Positions 49,263-59,238 of a DNA stretch of 64,000 nucleotides are shown here, one piece after another. Under the pieces are notes generated by a model. The model saw nothing but the letters and a program-made list of their open reading frames with translations, was not told the origin of the DNA and made no database searches. This stretch comes from Escherichia phage SmurfNell: the sequence record OR896824.1. The stretch is one strand, 5' to 3'. The position numbers and the translations under genes were made by a program. Each line of letters begins with the position of its first letter. Position 1 is the stretch's first letter.

Positions 49263-51137
49263 TTATTTAGCGCGAATGTCCTGATGTTTCACTCGACCCA
49301 TAACCTCATGTTGTTTACCTGGGTTAAATGGACGAGCACCTGGATTTCCGAGATATCCACAAACTCGACGAGTTACCTCAAGAGTCTCAGGATCATGGTT
49401 GCCACAAATTGGGCATTTGAAACCATCCTCAGAAGCTATAGTTTCACCCAAGAACCCACATTCCCCACAAGAGTCTACTGGAGTATTAATACCAAAGTAA
49501 TGAACTTTACTTGCGGCATAGTTAATAACCCATTCCAGTGCATCTGGGAATCGTTTCATATCCGGCAATTCCACATAGGAAATGCATCCACCAGAAGCAA
49601 TTGGAGTAAAGTTAGACTCATAATCGAACTTCACGTTTGGAGCAACCTTACGTTCTACATCAAGGTGATGGGAATTAGTGTAATATCCTTTAGCCAGAAT
49701 ATCTTCATGCTCTGGAAAATACTCACGGTCTAGGCGACAGAAGCGATCACATAGAGATTCAGATGGTGTAGCATATAGACTATACCCTAATTGAGTCTCT
49801 TCCTTCTTCTGATCAGCACGATCACGCATGTATTGTAGCACACGTTGAACGAACTTGACACAAGACTCAGACATTGTATCTACATCTTTACCAAACATGA
49901 ACTGCAACATTTCGTGGCAGCCTATATATCCTAGAGATACAGAAGCACGCTTGTAGAAATGATCAAACACATATTCATCTGGCCCCAGACGTAATCCAAA
50001 GGCTCCTGACATATAGAGGATGGGTGCAGCTTTAGCTTGGATGTATTTTAAGCGATCAACCCTCCACTCCAATGCTTTTAACGCGGTATCCACACGCAGC
50101 TCAAGTAGATCGAAGAATAGATCAATATTTCCTTCCGCTTCGATAGCGATTCGAGGAAGGTTTACGGAAACAACACCTAAGTTATTACGGCCAGAAGTTT
50201 CACCATCTTCCGCAGCAGCTAGGAATGATCGACAGCCCATAGAGACTTTGTAGTCTCCCGTAACTTCTACAACCTTATCATAACTGATGTAGTCAGGATA
50301 CATACGTTCAGCAGTACATTTCATAGCTAACTTCTTGATATCATAGTTAACATCACCAGGTTTCATATTTACGCCATCACGCAAAACAAATACCAGTTTA
50401 GGGAAGATAGCTGTACGTTTATTGATACCCAAACCATCCATACGCACTTCTAAGATTGCTTTCTGTACAAGACGTGCTTCCCAGGAAGTTCCTAGACCAA
50501 AACCAAAGGTAATAAATGGACTCTGACCATTAGAGTTGAACATCGTATTGATTTCATACTCTAGACCTTGACAGGCATCGTAAACTTCTTTCTCAGTCAT
50601 TTCCGTAGCCATTACAGATGCTTTGGCTTCATCCTTAGTCCAACGCTTTGCAAACGCATGATTCTTATCATAAGACTTACGAACATAAGGAGCCAGTACT
50701 TCATCTAATCGGTCTACAGAAGTACCACCATATTGATGGGAGCTAACCTGAGTAATAATCTGAGCTGTAATAGCAGCCGCAGTAGTAATGGAGTTTGGCG
50801 TACTGATTTCAGCATTACCAACCTTCATACCGTTTTTCAACATATCTTCCAAAGCAACCAGGCAACAGTTAGTCATACCTAACACAGCGTAATCAGCATC
50901 ATGGAAGTGAATATCACCAATCATGTGAGCATTTCGAATCTGGATTGGCATTTCTTCCAGAATCAGATATTTACTCAATTCCCCTGCAAGCATGTCCCTT
51001 TGTGTAGGGAAACGTTCTGAGGGCTTATTGGCATTATTAAACAGCAGCTCTTCATCTGCTGACCCTTCGATAATCTCTTTGCAGTTTCTAATTAACGCCT
51101 GCATTTCTTTATACTTTAGTTCTTCATTGCGATTCAT
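49263..51137 (-). CDS. nrdD: Anaerobic ribonucleoside-triphosphate reductase (class III)
   Basis: C-terminal glycyl-radical motif TRRVCGYLG and Cys cluster CGECGF...CPICGNHD. Confidence 0.85.
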   Translation of the reverse strand: MNRNEELKYKEMQALIRNCKEIIEGSADEELLFNNANKPSERFPTQRDMLAGELSKYLILEEMPIQIRNAHMIGDIHFHDADYAVLGMTNCCLVALEDMLKNGMKVGNAEISTPNSITTAAAITAQIITQVSSHQYGGTSVDRLDEVLAPYVRKSYDKNHAFAKRWTKDEAKASVMATEMTEKEVYDACQGLEYEINTMFNSNGQSPFITFGFGLGTSWEARLVQKAILEVRMDGLGINKRTAIFPKLVFVLRDGVNMKPGDVNYDIKKLAMKCTAERMYPDYISYDKVVEVTGDYKVSMGCRSFLAAAEDGETSGRNNLGVVSVNLPRIAIEAEGNIDLFFDLLELRVDTALKALEWRVDRLKYIQAKAAPILYMSGAFGLRLGPDEYVFDHFYKRASVSLGYIGCHEMLQFMFGKDVDTMSESCVKFVQRVLQYMRDRADQKKEETQLGYSLYATPSESLCDRFCRLDREYFPEHEDILAKGYYTNSHHLDVERKVAPNVKFDYESNFTPIASGGCISYVELPDMKRFPDALEWVINYAASKVHYFGINTPVDSCGECGFLGETIASEDGFKCPICGNHDPETLEVTRRVCGYLGNPGARPFNPGKQHEVMGRVKHQDIRAK

Positions 51138-51166
51138 TATACTCTCCTTCTCTAACTAAGACTACT

Positions 51167-51195
51167 ATTATAACTCATTCGAGGGCGGATGTCAA
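51167..51195 (-). promoter_or_regulatory. Consensus sigma70 promoter for nrdD
   Basis: Minus strand TTGACA, 17-nt spacer, TATAAT, then AGGAG SD and ATG. Confidence 0.7.
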
Positions 51196-51264
51196 TATAA
51201 TTTTTCTCTTAGACATTGTATTTTGATCTGTGCTAAGAAAATTGATCAGAATGTCAAAATTTTA

Positions 51265-51293
51265 TTGACACCACCATAACTTTTGTATAAGAT
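51265..51293 (+). promoter_or_regulatory. Sigma70-type promoter (divergent from nrdD promoter)
   Basis: TTGACA, 17-nt spacer, TAAGAT; SD AAGGAAAT before ATG 51331. Confidence 0.55.
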
Positions 51294-51330
51294 ATACACA
51301 TAACTTAAAAATTTTGACAAGGAAATAAAA

Positions 51331-51822
51331 ATGAATACTGAAATAACACAAGACCTACTAAGAACCTACTTTGACTATAAAGATGGAGAATTGTTTTACA
51401 AACCAACCTATAAAACCCCTGCGGGAAGAATATCCAAAAAAGCAGGTAAATCTGCCAGACTAACTCCGTGTAACGGGTACTATCGTATAAATGTACCAAG
51501 AATAGGTGTACAGAAAGAACATAGGATGATTTTCCTATATCATGAAGGATACCTACCAGAAGTAGTAGATCATATTGATAGGGATAAAGAAAATAATAGG
51601 ATAGAGAACCTTAGGGCATCTAATCTTCAGGATAACGCTATTAATCGCTCCATAAGTAAGAGTAATACCTCTGGTATTGTGGGTGTACATTATGATGAAT
51701 CATATGGTAAGTGGGTTGTAACGTATAGGGGTAAGTACTTTGGAAGATTCGATACTAAAGAAGAAGCTGCCGAAGTTAATGCTAATGTTCGTGCCCTTGA
51801 TCAAACCCGTATAAATAGTTGA
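51331..51822 (+). CDS. HNH-AP2 homing endonuclease
   Basis: FDYKDGELFYK...GYYRINV...HRMIFLYHEGYLPEVVDHIDRDKENNRIENLR plus C-terminal GVHYDESYGKWVVTYRGKYFGRFDTKEEAA AP2-like domain. Confidence 0.75.
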   Translation: MNTEITQDLLRTYFDYKDGELFYKPTYKTPAGRISKKAGKSARLTPCNGYYRINVPRIGVQKEHRMIFLYHEGYLPEVVDHIDRDKENNRIENLRASNLQDNAINRSISKSNTSGIVGVHYDESYGKWVVTYRGKYFGRFDTKEEAAEVNANVRALDQTRINS

Positions 51823-51905
51823 GTATCTAGTACCACACATCTCCCAATAAAAGCAAGCAAATTTTTTATTTAAAAGCAATATCATAGGCTTATTTAAAAT
51901 TGTAG

Positions 51906-51934
51906 TTGCTTTCTCCCGTATATATTGGTATAAT
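51906..51934 (+). promoter_or_regulatory. Sigma70-type promoter
   Basis: TTGCTT, 17-nt spacer, TATAAT. Confidence 0.6.
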
Positions 51935-52007
51935 ATATTTGTAAGTTGATAAACAAGATCTTTTTGTTGATCCTCTGTTAGCGAAGTACACTATAGGAGT
52001 GTTATTT

Positions 52008-52760
52008 ATGGGAAAAGCACGTCAAAAAAGAGAGAACCGCAATGGTTCAAGAAAGCGTGGCAACAAGTACGAGAGCAACGTAATTCAAGCAGATTTCTCT
52101 GGTGATTACGCCAATCCAGTTGCTAAACCCCTAGTTGGTAAAAACCGTGAGCAAAAATCATATATCAATATGATCAAGAACAACACAGTGACTGTGGGTA
52201 TTGGTGAACCAGGTACTGGTAAAACCTTTATTCCATCCGTTCTTGCAGCTCAGGAACTCGTAGACATTCACTCAGATATTGAGCAAGTGATCCTCGTGCG
52301 TCCGAACGAACCTCTAGGTAAATCTCTTGGTATGCTCCCAGGTGATCTGGCAGAAAAGCTAGAGCCTTGGTTAGAGCCAATAGCTGATGGCATGAAATGG
52401 GCAATCGGTGATCACGCCTACAAAGGATATGTCGAACGTCAGAAAATTAAATTCCTGGCTATCGAACATGCCCGTGGCCGAACTTTCAACAACTCCTATG
52501 TAATTGTCGATGAAGCTCAGAATATCTCCGTTGAAGCAATGATCTGTCTCCTGACTCGTGTAGGACAAGATTGTCGTTTAATTATCTGTGGGGATATAGC
52601 GCAGAAAGACATCAAGGGTGATTCAGGTCTAGCACTTCTTATGGAAGTCTATGAGAAGTATGAAAACTCTCCTTTCTCTATGATCGAACTGATCGACAAC
52701 GTTCGCTCACCAGAGTCTAAAGCATTCTACGATATCTTTAAGGATATGGGGAAGGTGTAA
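52008..52760 (+). CDS. phoH: PhoH-like ATPase
   Basis: Walker A GEPGTGKT, Walker B YVIVDEAQN; start set at ATG 52008 (AGGAG 8-9 nt upstream) rather than 51999. Confidence 0.8.
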   Translation: MGKARQKRENRNGSRKRGNKYESNVIQADFSGDYANPVAKPLVGKNREQKSYINMIKNNTVTVGIGEPGTGKTFIPSVLAAQELVDIHSDIEQVILVRPNEPLGKSLGMLPGDLAEKLEPWLEPIADGMKWAIGDHAYKGYVERQKIKFLAIEHARGRTFNNSYVIVDEAQNISVEAMICLLTRVGQDCRLIICGDIAQKDIKGDSGLALLMEVYEKYENSPFSMIELIDNVRSPESKAFYDIFKDMGKV

Positions 52761-52761
52761 T

Positions 52762-53004
52762 ATGGGAAACGTCGTACATCTGCACCGCAAAACTAAGATC
52801 CACCGTACTTCACTGAGTGCTGCTAATATGATTACACGTAAGGAAGGGGAAGAAAGTCCTAAGACTACCCTAGCGTGGAAAATTGTAGCCTCTAATCCAA
52901 ATCGGCCTTTTAATTATAATGAACTTTCAACATCAGTAGATATTCTTCTGAGGGCGAATGCGAAAGCAAAAGTAATTAATCAAGCCGAAAAACTAGACTG
53001 GTAA
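52762..53004 (+). CDS. Hypothetical small protein
   Basis: 80-aa ORF coupled to phoH stop. Confidence 0.4.
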   Translation: MGNVVHLHRKTKIHRTSLSAANMITRKEGEESPKTTLAWKIVASNPNRPFNYNELSTSVDILLRANAKAKVINQAEKLDW

Positions 53005-53011
53005 TATAGAA

Positions 53012-53047
53012 GGCCTGGGTATGAAAATATCCGGGCTCTTTTTATCT
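53012..53047 (+). terminator. Rho-independent terminator (with G-U pair)
   Basis: GCCTGGGTAT...ATATCCGGGC hairpin followed by TCTTTTTATCTG. Confidence 0.45.
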
Positions 53048-53059
53048 GTAAAATTGTAC

Positions 53060-53088
53060 TTGCAAAATGACCCAAAACAAAGTAGAAT
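53060..53088 (+). promoter_or_regulatory. Sigma70-type promoter for nrdA
   Basis: TTGCAA, 17-nt spacer, TAGAAT; the ATG at 53067 lies inside the spacer. Confidence 0.55.
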
Positions 53089-53126
53089 ATTTCCTAAATC
53101 CTGATAACTACAAAAAGGAAAGCCAA

Positions 53127-55457
53127 ATGAGCCATCGCATAGAAAAAGTAATTAAACGTGACGGTACTGTAGAAGACTTTGCTCCTGAAAAACTCAATGG
53201 TTGGGCAGTGTATGGCTGCAAAACAGTTGATGTAAGCTGGTCATCCATCACTATGGCTGCTCAAAAAACTCTACCTAAAGGTGTTGTAGACTCCGACACC
53301 CTAATGGATGCGTTAATTAAAGCCGCTGAAGGTCTTATCAAAGATAACCCAGCATATGACGTGCCGGCTAAGGAATTACGTCTTGCGCAGATGCGTAAAC
53401 GTCTATATGATTCCTTCGAGCCTCCTTCTCTGCGTTTCTTCCACGATCATATGGTTAGTGTTGGAGCTTGGGAAGACATGAGTGCATGGATTACTGATGA
53501 ACAATTTGAAGCTCTGAATCAAGTTATCGACCATGATCGTGATCGTTTATTCACCAGTGGTGGACTGAAACAGTTCTTCGACAAGTATTCCCGTCGTAAT
53601 ATTGCAACTGGTGAAATTTATGAAACTCCGCAGTTTGCCTACATGGGTATGGCAATGGCGATGCTATCTCAACCTAACTGGACAATTCTAGATGCAATCG
53701 ACCTCTACAATGCAATGTCGCTCCACAAAATCAACGTTCCTACGCCGCCACTGGTTGGCCTGCGCTCTAGTGACCGTGGATTTGCTAGTTGCTGCCTCGT
53801 GGATTCCACTGACACGCTGGATTCAATCGACACAGCCGAGCACATCGTCTTCAAAATGGTCGCAGCCAGAGCGGGAATCGGGTATCATCTTGAAAGCCGA
53901 TCAATTGCTGATCCGGTGCGAAATGGGGCATTCCCGCATTCCGGAAAACTGCCATATTATAGACACATTGACCGATCAGTAAAAGCTAACACTCAGCAAA
54001 CCCGTGGTGGTTCTGCTACTGTGTCTTACCCATACTTCGATCCTGAAATCATTCAGTTGATGCAGGTTAAACAGCAACGTGCTACAGACGAGAATAAAAT
54101 CGATAAGATGGATTACTCTCTGAGCTTTAACAACCTTCTGTTAAAACGTTACCTGAAAAACGAAGATATTACGCTAATGTCCTACTTCTACGCACCAGAA
54201 GTTCATAAAGCGTTTTATGGTGAAGATGAGGCTAAGTTTGAAGAAATCTACGTGGCAGCGGAGAAACGTGTGGCATCTCTTACAAAGATCGACCACGAAG
54301 GAAAAACAATTCCAGCAGCTCCTAGAATCTCTGCAAAAGAAATCCTAGATACTTGGTTACGTATCCGTATGGAAACAGGGCGTATGTATGCTCATCACAT
54401 TGGTGAATCTAACCGTCATGGTAACTTCCTTGACCCGATTCGTATGACCAACCTTTGTGTTGAAATTACTCAGCCAACCCGTCCATTCCATCACATTACG
54501 GAACTGTATAAGACCCAAGATCAGTTAGACGATATGCGTCCAGAAGATATTGGTGAAGTATCTTTGTGTAACTTAGGTGGTGTTGTACTAGGTCGCATGG
54601 AATCTCTAGCTGAATGGGAGAAAACTTGCTACATCCTTCTGAAATTCGTTGATACAATCATCGAGATTCAGGACTACCCATTCCCAACCATGGAATACAC
54701 GGCTAAGAAACGTCGTAACGTTGGTATTGGTCTGATGAACGCGGCAGGTGCAATGGCAGCAGAAGGTTTGGCTTACGAAGGTGTTGAAGCCCGTAACTGG
54801 ATTCACCGTGAAGCTGAAAAGCTGTCCTACTTCCTGCACAAAGCCTCTGTACGTCTGGCTAAAGAACAAGGTGCATGTGACTGGTTTAATCGTACTAAAC
54901 CATCCAAAGGAACTCTGGTAATCGACACGTACAAGAAAACTGTTGATGAACTGGTAACTGTAGGTCTAGAAATGGATTGGGAATCTCTGCGTGCAGATAT
55001 TCTGAAATATGGTATGCGCAACTCTGTTCTGACTGCTCAGATGCCGGGAGAAAGTTCCTCTGTACTGCTAGGTGTTACTAACTCTATCGAGCCGCCTCGT
55101 AAGATTGTATCTATCAAGGGTAGTGCAGTGAATAAAGTAATTGCAATTGCTCCAGGTGCAACCGATTGGGATACATTAATGAGTTATAAACTGGCTTATG
55201 ATGTAGATCGTATCGAGTGGATCAAATGGGTAGCAACCATGCAGAAATTCTTCAGTCAGTCTATCAGTACGAATATGTACTATGACTACACCAAGTTTGA
55301 GAATGAAATCATTCCTGGTCCAGTAGTAGTTCGTGATTTCATGACTGCTGTTAAGTACGGCTGGAAAACTTGGTACTACGCTAACTTCAACACTGAAAAT
55401 GGTGGTGGAGCTGGTGAAGAAGCAGCAGGTTGTGCATCAGGTGGTTGTACTATTTAA
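53127..55457 (+). CDS. nrdA: Ribonucleoside-diphosphate reductase large subunit (class I)
   Basis: N-terminal ATP-cone (HRIEKVIKRDGTVEDF); catalytic-core motifs NLCVEI, SLCNLG; start set at ATG 53127 with AAAGGAAAG SD. Confidence 0.85.
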   Translation: MSHRIEKVIKRDGTVEDFAPEKLNGWAVYGCKTVDVSWSSITMAAQKTLPKGVVDSDTLMDALIKAAEGLIKDNPAYDVPAKELRLAQMRKRLYDSFEPPSLRFFHDHMVSVGAWEDMSAWITDEQFEALNQVIDHDRDRLFTSGGLKQFFDKYSRRNIATGEIYETPQFAYMGMAMAMLSQPNWTILDAIDLYNAMSLHKINVPTPPLVGLRSSDRGFASCCLVDSTDTLDSIDTAEHIVFKMVAARAGIGYHLESRSIADPVRNGAFPHSGKLPYYRHIDRSVKANTQQTRGGSATVSYPYFDPEIIQLMQVKQQRATDENKIDKMDYSLSFNNLLLKRYLKNEDITLMSYFYAPEVHKAFYGEDEAKFEEIYVAAEKRVASLTKIDHEGKTIPAAPRISAKEILDTWLRIRMETGRMYAHHIGESNRHGNFLDPIRMTNLCVEITQPTRPFHHITELYKTQDQLDDMRPEDIGEVSLCNLGGVVLGRMESLAEWEKTCYILLKFVDTIIEIQDYPFPTMEYTAKKRRNVGIGLMNAAGAMAAEGLAYEGVEARNWIHREAEKLSYFLHKASVRLAKEQGACDWFNRTKPSKGTLVIDTYKKTVDELVTVGLEMDWESLRADILKYGMRNSVLTAQMPGESSSVLLGVTNSIEPPRKIVSIKGSAVNKVIAIAPGATDWDTLMSYKLAYDVDRIEWIKWVATMQKFFSQSISTNMYYDYTKFENEIIPGPVVVRDFMTAVKYGWKTWYYANFNTENGGGAGEEAAGCASGGCTI

Positions 55458-55466
55458 TAAAAACAA

Positions 55467-55493
55467 GGAGATCTTCGGGTCTCCTTTTTCTTT
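55467..55493 (+). terminator. Rho-independent terminator after nrdA
   Basis: GGAGATC-TTCG-GGTCTCC hairpin followed by TTTTTCTTT. Confidence 0.6.
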
Positions 55494-55503
55494 GAAATTT
55501 TAC

Positions 55504-55532
55504 TTGCTAATCGCTACCAGATTTGCTATAAT
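55504..55532 (+). promoter_or_regulatory. Sigma70-type promoter
   Basis: TTGCTA, 17-nt spacer, TATAAT; ATG of HNH gene only 6 nt downstream of the -10. Confidence 0.55.
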
Positions 55533-55538
55533 ATCTAT

Positions 55539-56036
55539 ATGAAATTAACACAGAGTAGATTAAAAGAGCTAATCTCCTATGACCCTGAAACTGGCGAATT
55601 TACCTGGCTCCCAAGAAAAACTTTAGCAAAGCATTTATGGAACGCTAAAGCAGGAACCTATGATAAATTAGGGTATCTTCGTATAAAAGTTGAAGGAGTT
55701 CAATATTTAGCTCATCGCCTAGCCTTCTTGTATATGACTGGAGAAATACCAGAAGGAAAAATTGACCATAAAGATACTAATCCGTCTAATTGCGCCTGGG
55801 ATAATCTCCGTGAAGCCACGAGTTCTCAAAATTCTATGAACTCGTGTGCAAGATCGGATAACCAGCTTGGAATGAAAAATATTCGTGTAAAAGGCACTTC
55901 ATTTCAGGTTAGGATAGGCAAAGACGGCAAATCTTATACAAAAACTTTTAAAACCCTAGAAGAAGCTATAGAATGGAGAGACACCAAACTACTAGAACTT
56001 CATGGGGACTTTGCAAACAACGGAGAAGCTAAATGA
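55539..56036 (+). CDS. HNH-AP2 homing endonuclease inserted between nrdA and nrdB
   Basis: YDPETGEFTWL...GYLRIKVEGVQYLAHRLAFLYMTGEIPEGKIDHKDTNPSNCAWDNLREA plus AP2-like C-terminus. Confidence 0.75.
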   Translation: MKLTQSRLKELISYDPETGEFTWLPRKTLAKHLWNAKAGTYDKLGYLRIKVEGVQYLAHRLAFLYMTGEIPEGKIDHKDTNPSNCAWDNLREATSSQNSMNSCARSDNQLGMKNIRVKGTSFQVRIGKDGKSYTKTFKTLEEAIEWRDTKLLELHGDFANNGEAK

Positions 56037-57178
56037 CTACTTTACTTAACTTAGAATGGGAACATACTAACGCTGATCTTTTCCTCGGTGATTCTTTGGG
56101 TATCGCAGATTATGTGCGTGTGGCACACCCCGAACTAGAGCGATTAGCTCTGTTGCAGCGTTCCCAGTTCTGGACTGAAACTGAAATTAGTCTTGAAGCT
56201 GATAAAAAGCAGTGGGGTAATCTCCCGCGTGATATTCAGGAAATTACTCTCCTGAACTTAGCATGGCAAACCCAAACAGATTCTTTCATTAGTCGTGCTC
56301 CTGAAGCAGCTATTATGCCACTTGTAAGCCGTCCTGAACTGGAAGGTATGCTCAAGCAGTGGAGCTACTTCGAAGATCTGCACAGCCGTGCGTATAGTAA
56401 TATTATTCGTAACGTTCTGACTGATCCAGCAGAATTTATTGATTCTGTAACTAAAAACCAAGAAGCATTTGCACGTATCGCAGATTCTGTTGAACTGTTT
56501 GATGAATTGTATCTGTTAGGTCAGTATTTCCTTGCAGTACGTGATCATCGTGGTGATAATACTTATCCAGAAACTGAGTTCCCTGAAGTTAAACGTGAAA
56601 CTCAGGCTAAGCTGTTAGATGCTTACTTTGCAATCTACGGTCTGGAAGCAATGCAGTTCTACGCATCCTTTGCATGTACCTTTGCTCTAGCAGAGAACGA
56701 TATTCTGCAAGGTATTGCCAAGAACCTGCAACTAATTGCTAAAGATGAAGCTCTGCACACTCAAATGTCTAAAGCTATCATCCAGATTATGTTTCAGCAA
56801 TTTGATAAAGATCTGGTAGATGAAGCATTAGCTAAAGCACCAGCACAACTCCTAAAAACTCTGAAAACTGAGATTGAATGGGGTCACTTTATCTTTAAAG
56901 GCCGTAGTCTGATTGGTTTGAACGCAGAACTGCTTGAAGAATATCTTTACTTTGTAGGACGTAACGCATTTATGCACATTGGTGTAGAATGGCCAAGCCA
57001 CTTACCTGTAATTACTAAGAACCCTATTCCGTGGATTATGAACTGGTTGGATACTACATCTTTACAACCTGCTCCGCAAGAGATTCAGATTGGTGCAGCA
57101 TATCGTGTAGGTCAGGTAACTGAAACCTCTGCTGATACTCTGAAAGATCTTGGCAACGAATTTGAGGGTATGTTCTAA
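56033..57178 (+). CDS. nrdB: Ribonucleoside-diphosphate reductase small subunit
   Basis: 381 aa; ferritin-like di-iron helices with E/H ligand pairs (DEALHTQ); directly follows nrdA/HNH. Confidence 0.8.
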   Translation: MTTLLNLEWEHTNADLFLGDSLGIADYVRVAHPELERLALLQRSQFWTETEISLEADKKQWGNLPRDIQEITLLNLAWQTQTDSFISRAPEAAIMPLVSRPELEGMLKQWSYFEDLHSRAYSNIIRNVLTDPAEFIDSVTKNQEAFARIADSVELFDELYLLGQYFLAVRDHRGDNTYPETEFPEVKRETQAKLLDAYFAIYGLEAMQFYASFACTFALAENDILQGIAKNLQLIAKDEALHTQMSKAIIQIMFQQFDKDLVDEALAKAPAQLLKTLKTEIEWGHFIFKGRSLIGLNAELLEEYLYFVGRNAFMHIGVEWPSHLPVITKNPIPWIMNWLDTTSLQPAPQEIQIGAAYRVGQVTETSADTLKDLGNEFEGMF

Positions 57179-57708
57179 TGATAGCAGCAATCTATGCAAC
57201 TGGGCCGAATGGGGAGTTCGGCCTCAATGGTAAACTCCCTTGGGGTTCTTTCAAAGAAGAACTAGATATCTTCTATGCTACTTTGGATTCTCTAGCACCT
57301 GACAATATTATTGTAGGAGCAGGAACTTGGTTAGCATTCCCTGAGACTCTGCAAAAAAGAATACTAGGAGATTCTGACCTATTTATTTATGCAAATAGAC
57401 CACTACCTAACTCTGTAGGATCAGCCACACGCATAAGTAACATTGGATACAGTCTACCTGATTTCCTCAAGGAAGAAGTAACTGTAGTATTAGGGGGAGC
57501 AACTCTGCTTCTTGAAATGTATGTCAAAAATCATCTAGATATGGCGTATATCTCTACTATTACTTCAGCTACACCATTATCTGCTGATGTACATCTGCAT
57601 CATCACATTACTTTAACTAATTCAATGGCAACTAGAATGGACTATGTGGCAGGACAGAATGCAGATAAAACGCTTTCATTCTTACAAGAATTGGTGATAT
57701 TTAAATGA
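57178..57708 (+). CDS. Dihydrofolate reductase
   Basis: [23 protein letters not shown]-terminal DHFR signature; coupled to thyA. Confidence 0.75.
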   Translation: MIAAIYATGPNGEFGLNGKLPWGSFKEELDIFYATLDSLAPDNIIVGAGTWLAFPETLQKRILGDSDLFIYANRPLPNSVGSATRISNIGYSLPDFLKEEVTVVLGGATLLLEMYVKNHLDMAYISTITSATPLSADVHLHHHITLTNSMATRMDYVAGQNADKTLSFLQELVIFK

Positions 57709-58559
57709 AGCAATATATTGAAACTGGAAAACGTATTCTTGAAGAGGGTGTATGGGTAACGAATCCTAGAACAGGGGTTCGTTGCCTAACCATTATTGAT
57801 GCAGACTTTACCTTTAACGTAGGAGCAGGAGAACTGCCGCTAGTAACTACTCGTAAAGCATTTGCTAAACAAGCAATAATGGAAATGATCGGATATCTCC
57901 GTGGGTACGACTCAGCAGCACAATTCCGCGCTATTGGTGTTAATACATGGAATGCTAATGCAAATGAAAATATTGCCTGGCTAGGTAATCCATTCCGTAA
58001 AGGCGAGGATGATATGGGACGAGTCTATGGTGTTCAAGGACGTCATTGGACTAATTCTGATGGTATGGTATTTGATCAGTTAGCCAAAGTCTATCATAAT
58101 TTGAAAAGAGGGATTGACGATCGTGGAGAAATTTTAACTTTTTGGAACCCTGGGGAATTTCGTAGAGGATGCCTACGTCCGTGTATGCATACCCATCAAT
58201 TCTCTATTTTAGGTGATACACTATACCTAAACTCTTTCCAGAGGTCTAATGATTTCTTGCTGGGCCAAGTATTTAATATGGTGCAATGCTATGCACTTCT
58301 AGCTATTATGGCACAGATTACAGGTCTTAAGCCAGGTATTGCTCGTCAAAAGATTATTAATCTTCATATCTATGAAGATCAGTATAATGTTCTGATGGAG
58401 CACAAGCAATTCGATCGTGAACCTTTTGCACCTCCTACTTTAGAAATCAATCCAAATATTAGAACTTTGGATGATGTATTAACGTGGGTAAGTAAGGATG
58501 ATTTTACTGTTCGTGGCTATGAACACCATCCTGCTATTGCATACCCATTCACAGTCTAA
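57705..58559 (+). CDS. thyA: Thymidylate synthase
   Basis: 284 aa; active-site region [12 protein letters not shown] and substrate-binding motifs; follows DHFR. Confidence 0.8.
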   Translation: MKQYIETGKRILEEGVWVTNPRTGVRCLTIIDADFTFNVGAGELPLVTTRKAFAKQAIMEMIGYLRGYDSAAQFRAIGVNTWNANANENIAWLGNPFRKGEDDMGRVYGVQGRHWTNSDGMVFDQLAKVYHNLKRGIDDRGEILTFWNPGEFRRGCLRPCMHTHQFSILGDTLYLNSFQRSNDFLLGQVFNMVQCYALLAIMAQITGLKPGIARQKIINLHIYEDQYNVLMEHKQFDREPFAPPTLEINPNIRTLDDVLTWVSKDDFTVRGYEHHPAIAYPFTV

Positions 58560-58565
58560 TTCAAA

Positions 58566-58590
58566 TAGCCCTTCGGGGCTATTATATTTA
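58566..58590 (+). terminator. Rho-independent terminator
   Basis: TAGCCC-TTCG-GGGCTA hairpin followed by TTATATTTAAATTT. Confidence 0.6.
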
Positions 58591-58598
58591 AATTTCAT

Positions 58599-58627
58599 TT
58601 GCTTACTGAGTGAAATTCAAATATAAT
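58599..58627 (+). promoter_or_regulatory. Sigma70-type promoter
   Basis: TTGCTT, 17-nt spacer, TATAAT. Confidence 0.6.
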
Positions 58628-58657
58628 ATACTTCTAATTTGACAGAAGGATTTAATA

Positions 58658-59236
58658 ATGACAGCCATAGTAGCATTTAAATATAAAGATAAAGTATACT
58701 TAGCTGGTGATCGTATGGGTTCTAATGGCTATACGAAACTGCTGGTTAAAAATCCGAAAGTATTCAAAATCTCTGATGATTTGTACTTCGGATACACTAG
58801 TTCCTTCTACATGGGACAATTACTAGAGCATAGCTTTACTGTACCACCACGTTTAGCAGATATTTCCGATGATAAATATTTATATACGGAAATAGTACCT
58901 AAATTACGTGATATGTTTAACCAGAAAGACTTTGGCGAAAAGAAAAATGAAAAATATGCTGAACCTAATCTGGGACAATTTATTATGCTCTACAAAGGAA
59001 GAATCTTTATTTTCCAATCTAATGCTTCTATTCTAGAAGTTGAATATGCCGGTGTAGGCTGTGGAGGAGAAGATGTACTTTCCAGTATTCGTACAGGTTT
59101 AGCTATTGCGGATTGTCGAGCCACAGATTTAGATGTAGATGATATATTTGAAATCATTGATCTGGCTTTTACGCATTGTGCAGATTATATGTGTGGTGTA
59201 TCTTCCCAACATGATGTTTTAGTAATTGGAGAATAA
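58658..59236 (+). CDS. HslV/proteasome beta-like Ntn-hydrolase peptidase
   Basis: M-T-AIVAF...LAGD...K at position 33 of mature chain...GVGCGG reproduces HslV Thr1, Asp17, Lys33 and GSGG spacing; SD AGAAGGA. Confidence 0.7.
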   Translation: MTAIVAFKYKDKVYLAGDRMGSNGYTKLLVKNPKVFKISDDLYFGYTSSFYMGQLLEHSFTVPPRLADISDDKYLYTEIVPKLRDMFNQKDFGEKKNEKYAEPNLGQFIMLYKGRIFIFQSNASILEVEYAGVGCGGEDVLSSIRTGLAIADCRATDLDVDDIFEIIDLAFTHCADYMCGVSSQHDVLVIGE

Positions 59237-59238
59237 AT

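Noticed and set aside
51999-52007. Upstream ATG for phoH
   Set aside because: AGGAG abuts it with no spacing; the ATG at 52008 has correct SD spacing
53067-53126. Upstream ATG extending nrdA by 20 codons
   Set aside because: That ATG lies inside the promoter spacer and has no SD; ATG 53127 has a proper SD
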